Part shown: in pieces, positions 60,610-64,000 of the stretch | How the letters are laid out: each line of letters begins with the position of its first letter | Numbering within the stretch: the first letter of the stretch is position 1 | Virus record (IMG/VR): IMGVR_UViG_3300023440_000002 | Span: 1-64,000 of that record | Source of the DNA: a virus | Strand: one strand, 5' to 3' | Length of the DNA stretch: 64,000 nt | Translations under genes and position numbers: made by a program | Notes under the pieces: model-generated | Told to the model about the DNA's origin: nothing | What the model saw: only the letters and a program-made list of their open reading frames with translations | The model's database searches: none

Positions 60610-61039
60610 GCAACCCTTAATGGTCCCTACAGGGGAAAGCGAATATACCTTAGTTGAAGACTATAGTTACACCTGGGTTGCCATGGGTAACGACGGGAAA
60701 ATTAAAGAGCAGGTGATGGTAGTGCCAAAATACCACAAATCTGACGGTGCTAGTGTTCCTCGGTTTTTATGGTCTATTACTGGGATTCGACCTGATGGGC
60801 TAAACAGAGCTGCGGCGTTAATTCATGATTTCATTTATGAAAATAAAGGGGTTATGCCAAAACAATCCCATTTTGTGATAAAAAAAGATCGATGGGTTGA
60901 AGCTGACCACAAATGGACAAGAAAGGAAGCCGACAGGATCTTCTGTCGGCTCTTAAGGCAGGCCGGTGTCGGCAAGGTGAAAAGGCGCATGGCCTTTATA
61001 GCAGTGAGGGTTGGGGGGTATTTTTCATGGAAGGAATAA
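60602..61039 (+). CDS. DUF1353-like protein
   Basis: SDGASVPRFLW..AALIHDFIY..RKEADRIF..AVRVGG. Confidence 0.85.
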   Translation: MIKQPLMVPTGESEYTLVEDYSYTWVAMGNDGKIKEQVMVVPKYHKSDGASVPRFLWSITGIRPDGLNRAAALIHDFIYENKGVMPKQSHFVIKKDRWVEADHKWTRKEADRIFCRLLRQAGVGKVKRRMAFIAVRVGGYFSWKE

Positions 61040-61041
61040 CT

Positions 61042-61254
61042 TTATTTTGTCCAATTTTCATAGTGTCTTGTTGGGTTGTGGGGGATATCAGTTCTTCTGA
61101 TTGAATCCATAGCGCGAACGATTTTGTTTGCCGGTTGAACACTGCGAATTACTCCCTCATATCTAACTGTGACTTCAGAGCCACCTTTAATGTCTTTTAT
61201 TTTAATTATGTAGTTAATATTAATCCACACCCCTACTTTTATCTCTAGCATCAT
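61042..61254 (-). CDS. hypothetical protein
   Basis: 70 aa; AGGAGG RBS. Confidence 0.6.
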   Translation of the reverse strand: MMLEIKVGVWININYIIKIKDIKGGSEVTVRYEGVIRSVQPANKIVRAMDSIRRTDIPHNPTRHYENWTK

Positions 61255-61514
61255 AACTCTACCTCCTTAAACCCATTAAAGTTTTCGGCGTATTCATCTA
61301 AAGCTAGCTCAGCTTTGAGTTTGTCTTGCTTACTTAAACCTTCCGGAAGTCCAACTTCCAAAAAACTAAAACCCGACATAGGAAACCCTCTATTGCCGTC
61401 TGCGTCAGCCCCATAGTTTGGGTCACTCCAGTATTCAATTATAGCAGACAGCTCGTGCTCTTCGCCTTTCTCGTCTGCCCAGTCAACATAAATAACTACC
61501 GTTTCGTTTTTCAT
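61251..61514 (-). CDS. hypothetical protein
   Basis: 87 aa acidic; YGADADGNRG motif; GGAG RBS. Confidence 0.7.
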   Translation of the reverse strand: MKNETVVIYVDWADEKGEEHELSAIIEYWSDPNYGADADGNRGFPMSGFSFLEVGLPEGLSKQDKLKAELALDEYAENFNGFKEVEL

Positions 61515-61523
61515 TTCTCCACC

Positions 61524-62225
61524 TTAATGTAAAGTTTCTTTGTTTACCTTGAAGTTGACACTAATTGCCTTAGATCCCTCATCAATCAGCCTCATCAGAG
61601 ATTCAGGTGATGTTGAAATATTAATTACATTGGAATAAGCAGTAGTGTTCTTGTTCGCTAAACAAAGGTCGCAAAAATCCGTAAGTTTCGAGGTTTGGCT
61701 TTTGTTGAGTGCCCTTATTTTGTTTTGACCTATAATTGCGACATCTACGGTTGTCGCTTTTACGAAATTGTCGATATTTATAGGTTCGTTAGATTCTAGT
61801 TTTGCTCGCTCTACGTCAGCCATCATAACGCAAGCCCCTTTTGGGTGAATAAGCCACTGAACTCTACCTTCAGTTTTTAGGGCTACCTCATCACTTAATT
61901 TCATTTCTTCTAGCATTAGGTTGGCTGCCAAATCTTCTGATGTAGCAGACTTATTAATCAAACTAGACCATAAACCCTTCTTTCCATACCTTTCGAAAAA
62001 ATCAACCTGAAGGTTGGCTCTTTGTTTTTGTTCTAGGGTTAACCCCTTAATGATTTTGGTAGCTCTTTTCAGCACATCGTTTTTTTTGATCTCTTTAGAT
62101 GCATTAAGGATATTTCTTTTTTGCTCTTCTGTGCATCCTTCAAGCACCTTATCTAATTCGTCTTTATTTAAAACTATCGTCTCATCTTTCATGGTAAACC
62201 CTTCCCGGATTATGATTTGCTGCAA
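61524..62225 (-). CDS. hypothetical protein
   Basis: 233 aa; likely start at ATG 62192. Confidence 0.7.
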   Translation of the reverse strand: MQQIIIREGFTMKDETIVLNKDELDKVLEGCTEEQKRNILNASKEIKKNDVLKRATKIIKGLTLEQKQRANLQVDFFERYGKKGLWSSLINKSATSEDLAANLMLEEMKLSDEVALKTEGRVQWLIHPKGACVMMADVERAKLESNEPINIDNFVKATTVDVAIIGQNKIRALNKSQTSKLTDFCDLCLANKNTTAYSNVINISTSPESLMRLIDEGSKAISVNFKVNKETLH

Positions 62226-62422
62226 CAGTCGCCTGCTTGCTGGTATGTGTAGTATTTAAGTTCGCACTCTTTGCATTGATGGTTTTTTGGTTGAGCTTTT
62301 CCGTCCGAGATAGTGTATTTGTATGGCACATTGCTCATTTTAAGCATCTGCACCAGATCTTCTGCGTGCTCTCTTTCGTCGAATTGCTCGGTTCGACCTT
62401 GAAATATAACTAAATGAGGCAT
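62210..62422 (-). CDS. hypothetical protein with Cys motifs
   Basis: 70 aa; AAGGA RBS. Confidence 0.6.
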   Translation of the reverse strand: MPHLVIFQGRTEQFDEREHAEDLVQMLKMSNVPYKYTISDGKAQPKNHQCKECELKYYTYQQAGDCCSKS

Positions 62423-62444
62423 CTTAATTCCTTCTTCAATTACC

Positions 62445-62921
62445 TTATCGGTTGTTTTTGGCTAAATCTTTAGCTTTAGTTGCGCTTTTCCAAAAAATTA
62501 TAATAGCTTCTTTGTCTGCCAGTAAAAAAGAGGTGTAATGACTCCTATAAACCGACTCTAGATTCAACAGGGCTTTATCTGTTATGTTGACGTACTCCTC
62601 TTCTGGAATCGTATCAAGCATATAAGCCAACATACTTCCGGCTTTATATGTATCTATCGTCGCCCCGCTAGACCATTTGCCGGTTAAGGTAGCTCTTGAG
62701 TATAAAGCTATAAGCCGGCTAAATCTAGCCCCTTCGGTTTTTGCTTTTCTGGTTTTGTTTGTTTTAGTTTTAAGCTTATCGACTAGTTCGTCGTAAGTGA
62801 AATTAAAGAAAATGTCCGTTACTTCACCTAATTCGGTGACCACTGGAGAATCCACAGGCGCTTCCAAGCTAAGAATATCCCCTTTTCTTAGTGTTACTTT
62901 TCTTCCTTCTGTTGCTTTCAT
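62445..62921 (-). CDS. hypothetical protein
   Basis: 158 aa; GGAG RBS; 3' end overlaps TAAAGATT-N12-ACCGATAA (62445-62472). Confidence 0.7.
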   Translation of the reverse strand: MKATEGRKVTLRKGDILSLEAPVDSPVVTELGEVTDIFFNFTYDELVDKLKTKTNKTRKAKTEGARFSRLIALYSRATLTGKWSSGATIDTYKAGSMLAYMLDTIPEEEYVNITDKALLNLESVYRSHYTSFLLADKEAIIIFWKSATKAKDLAKNNR

Positions 62922-62984
62922 GGCTAATCTCCGTAAACTGACGAACTACTGAAGAAAAAATCCCGCATCTTTTCTTTTTCGGTT
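62919..62984. repeat. 66-bp direct repeat, copy 1 (copy 2 at 63766-63831)
   Basis: 65 of 66 bases identical by eye. Confidence 0.9.
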
Positions 62985-63286
62985 GGTTCGTTTTCTGACT
63001 CTGTGAAGCCCTCTACGGCTTGGAACTGACTGGAATCAGCTCTTCTTATTAAGTCCATAAAGGTCGAATAAGTTACTTCTGGTTTGGGGCATGTCGAAAA
63101 ATAATCATCGATGTTTCGACTTATTATGTCGAAACCTTCATCGGCCGCATTGACTTCTAGCCAAGCCCCCAAAGAAGGAGCTATCACTCTAACGTGATCT
63201 AAATCTTTCGTTAGTTCTTTAATTTGACCTATTCTTTCTGGCGCTGACAAAACAGACAGCCAAACCTTGCATTCTTTCATTTTCAT
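62924..63286 (-). CDS. hypothetical protein
   Basis: 120 aa in a tight operon. Confidence 0.7.
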   Translation of the reverse strand: MKMKECKVWLSVLSAPERIGQIKELTKDLDHVRVIAPSLGAWLEVNAADEGFDIISRNIDDYFSTCPKPEVTYSTFMDLIRRADSSQFQAVEGFTESENEPTEKEKMRDFFFSSSSVYGD

Positions 63287-63480
63287 TGTCCGTTTACCAT
63301 CCCAATCACAATCATAGCTAAAAGGTTCATCTCAATCAAAACAAAAACAATAATCAGAGTAGCTCCGATATCTTCCAGTAGCTTTACCATTTTAGGGTTA
63401 TCTTCCTTTCGAGCTTTAACCCAAAGACGAGATAACATATAGAGACATATTACGATGATAATAAAAACTATAAACATCAC
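63283..63480 (-). CDS. small two-TM membrane protein
   Basis: AAGGAG RBS; two hydrophobic helices. Confidence 0.65.
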   Translation of the reverse strand: MMFIVFIIIVICLYMLSRLWVKARKEDNPKMVKLLEDIGATLIIVFVLIEMNLLAMIVIGMVNGQ

Positions 63481-63496
63481 TAACTCCTTATTGTTC

Positions 63497-63524
63497 TTAT
63501 CGGGTGTTCGGTGAGAAAACTTTA
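63497..63524 (-). promoter_or_regulatory. sigma-28-type promoter (12-nt spacer)
   Basis: TAAAGTTT-N12-CCCGATAA in an intergenic gap. Confidence 0.65.
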
Positions 63525-63534
63525 GCTAAAAACT

Positions 63535-63768
63535 TCAAGATTGTTCTTTTATCCATTTAGCTAGGTTTTCATAGGCGAACTGTAACGCTTTTTTGTGTGA
63601 TCTTGCCACGCCTTCAATATGATGAACCCTACCGAAAGGGGTTTCTACGCATGCTGTTACGTATCCTTTTTCTGGTACATCTTGAATAAACCAGGTGACG
63701 GTATCAAATGCGTCACCGTCTCGATCTTTAATTGATTCTAAATCTTCTGATAGTGTTGTTGTTCTCAT
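63535..63768 (-). CDS. hypothetical protein
   Basis: 77 aa; GGAG RBS. Confidence 0.65.
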   Translation of the reverse strand: MRTTTLSEDLESIKDRDGDAFDTVTWFIQDVPEKGYVTACVETPFGRVHHIEGVARSHKKALQFAYENLAKWIKEQS

Positions 63769-63770
63769 GG

Positions 63771-64000
63771 TTAATCTCCGTAAACTGACGAACTACTGAA
63801 GAAAAAATCCCGCATCTTTTCTTTTTCGGTTCGCTCTTCTTTTTTTGGCATTCTAGGCGTAATAGGCGTGGTGGGTTCATATGTGACAGTTCTGGCTTCG
63901 GCAATCTCCTTCGTTAGCCCTCCCTTATCTACCACCATATAACCTGAAATGTCAATATTTGACGAATTAATAAACTCGGCAACAATATGACCATTATCAG
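63771..64000 (-). CDS. 3' part of a truncated hypothetical gene
   Basis: Ends in EKEKMRDFFFSSSSVYGD*, the same tail as 62924..63286. Confidence 0.55.
   Translation of the reverse strand, partial: DNGHIVAEFINSSNIDISGYMVVDKGGLTKEIAEARTVTYEPTTPITPRMPKKEERTEKEKMRDFFFSSSSVYGD

Noticed and set aside
1-64000. tRNA, rRNA, integrase, transposase, intron or intein
   Set aside because: None recognised by eye; tRNAscan/Infernal would be needed to exclude RNAs in gaps such as 42715-42840

Overview
A 64-kb piece of a large contractile-tailed (myovirus-type) phage genome in the standard genetic code. Plus-strand morphogenesis genes (neck, sheath, tube, fibre-like proteins, chaperones, tape measure, hub, spike, baseplate wedges) are interleaved with accessory blocks (class II RNR, ThyX, phosphoesterases, metallopeptidases, small hypotheticals). 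Four things stand out. (1) Two inverted arrays (45.3-47.5 kb on +, 50.4-58.1 kb on -) hold about 55 overlapping paralogous mini-genes built from a variable 12-bp Q-[VI]-x-x repeat; they lie just downstream of a DUF6745-like gene that appears to lack this repeat, and of its QGDV-motif partner gene. (2) About a dozen sigma-28/FliA-type promoters (TAAAGTTT-N11-GCCGATAA) precede accessory blocks, and five are built into array units. (3) A 1128-aa protein punctuated by LxK[SA] motifs carries SAM-lyase-like and mCpol (Cas10-palm)-like domains, and a second such protein has two ADP-ribosyltransferase-like domains. (4) A CCTAAT[AC]T motif precedes structural genes. A Bdellovibrionota-like host is a guess. 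All family calls come from motif recognition by eye; no searches were run.
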